Part shown: one piece after another, positions 63,391-64,000 of the stretch
How the letters are laid out: the number at the start of each line of letters is the position of its first letter
Numbering within the stretch: the stretch's first letter is position 1
DNA from: Podarcis vaucheri
Taxonomy: Eukaryota
Assembly (NCBI GenBank): GCA_965113315.1
Contig: OZ220364.1
Reading direction: 5' to 3' (one strand)
Length of the DNA stretch: 64,000 bases
The notes under the pieces: generated by a model
What the model saw: only the letters and a program-made list of their open reading frames with translations
What the model was told of the DNA's origin: nothing
The model's database searches: none
Position numbers and translations under genes: made by a program

Positions 63391-63450
63391 TCTTCCCCTT
63401 AAACAGAATCGTCTGCACCAGGACCTGGGAGAAGCATTCAGGCTGTTATT
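63391..63450 (-). CDS. RAF1: RAF1 60-nt alternatively spliced cassette exon
   Basis: aattag|NNSLNASPRSWCRRFCLRGR|gtaggt; frame-preserving; resembles the 20-aa insert of the long mammalian RAF1 isoform. Confidence 0.85.
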
Positions 63451-64000
63451 CTAATTCAAAGCAATGAGAAATAAGAAAAGAACAGAGGAAGTAGTAAAAA
63501 AAAAGTTTTCAGCTGCTAAAAAGGAAAGTAGTAACAACAAGGAAAGAAGACAACTTGAAAGAAAAGAGAGTTAACACATTAGCTATGTGAATGTTATTTT
63601 TTATAGGAACTGCAGATTAAACCTGATGCAAGAATGCTCTTAAGGTTAGGCAGGCAGACATTCCACCAACCATGAAATATGCTCCAGGGAAAGTTTTCTA
63701 AACCATCTCTTCGCATTTTCAAAACTTGATAGTATTCCAGTTCTGCCATAAGCAGACTCACAAGAAAAGAACAGTTCAAGAGGGGCTATGAGATTTTAAT
63801 CTCTACAAGGCAGATGTATAGAGAATCTGATTATACCTGATACTGATCCAAGCAGAGATAATCTAATCAAACAGATCTGCAATTCAACAAGACGCTAGAT
63901 GCCATTTTATACAAAGGGTTCACTATTCTAGGGTAAAATTCAAAGAGAGAACTCTAGGACTCAGGAGCCCGAGATGCAGCAACAACCACCACCATGGTTT

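Overview
Vertebrate genomic DNA, most likely a squamate reptile, inferred from its BovB/CR1/L2 LINEs, tRNA-derived SINEs and hAT/Tc-mariner MITEs. It carries the conserved TSEN2(+) - MKRN2OS(-) - MKRN2(+) - RAF1(-) syntenic block. Spliced CDSs were rebuilt by hand with consistent intron phases. TSEN2 has 11 coding exons (10473-22848, 449 aa), MKRN2OS has 4 (29971-23961, 217 aa) and MKRN2 has 8 (31885-44414, 420 aa). The 3' part of RAF1 is present (63450-50390: 10 constitutive exons plus a 60-nt cassette exon); its 5' exons lie beyond the window. The first ~8 kb is intergenic and repeat-rich. The most interesting observations are: a permuted papain-like His...NC motif pair in the poorly characterised MKRN2OS, next to the MKRN2 E3 ligase; a two-way poly(A) element where RAF1 and MKRN2 could overlap; a U12-type intron; a palindromic T9-AT-A9 splice acceptor in RAF1; a pure (GAA)16 poly-Glu in TSEN2; and several transposon insertions with readable target-site duplications. 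Comparisons with human proteins and sequences are from memory and need alignment. Most entries in the ORF track are spurious.
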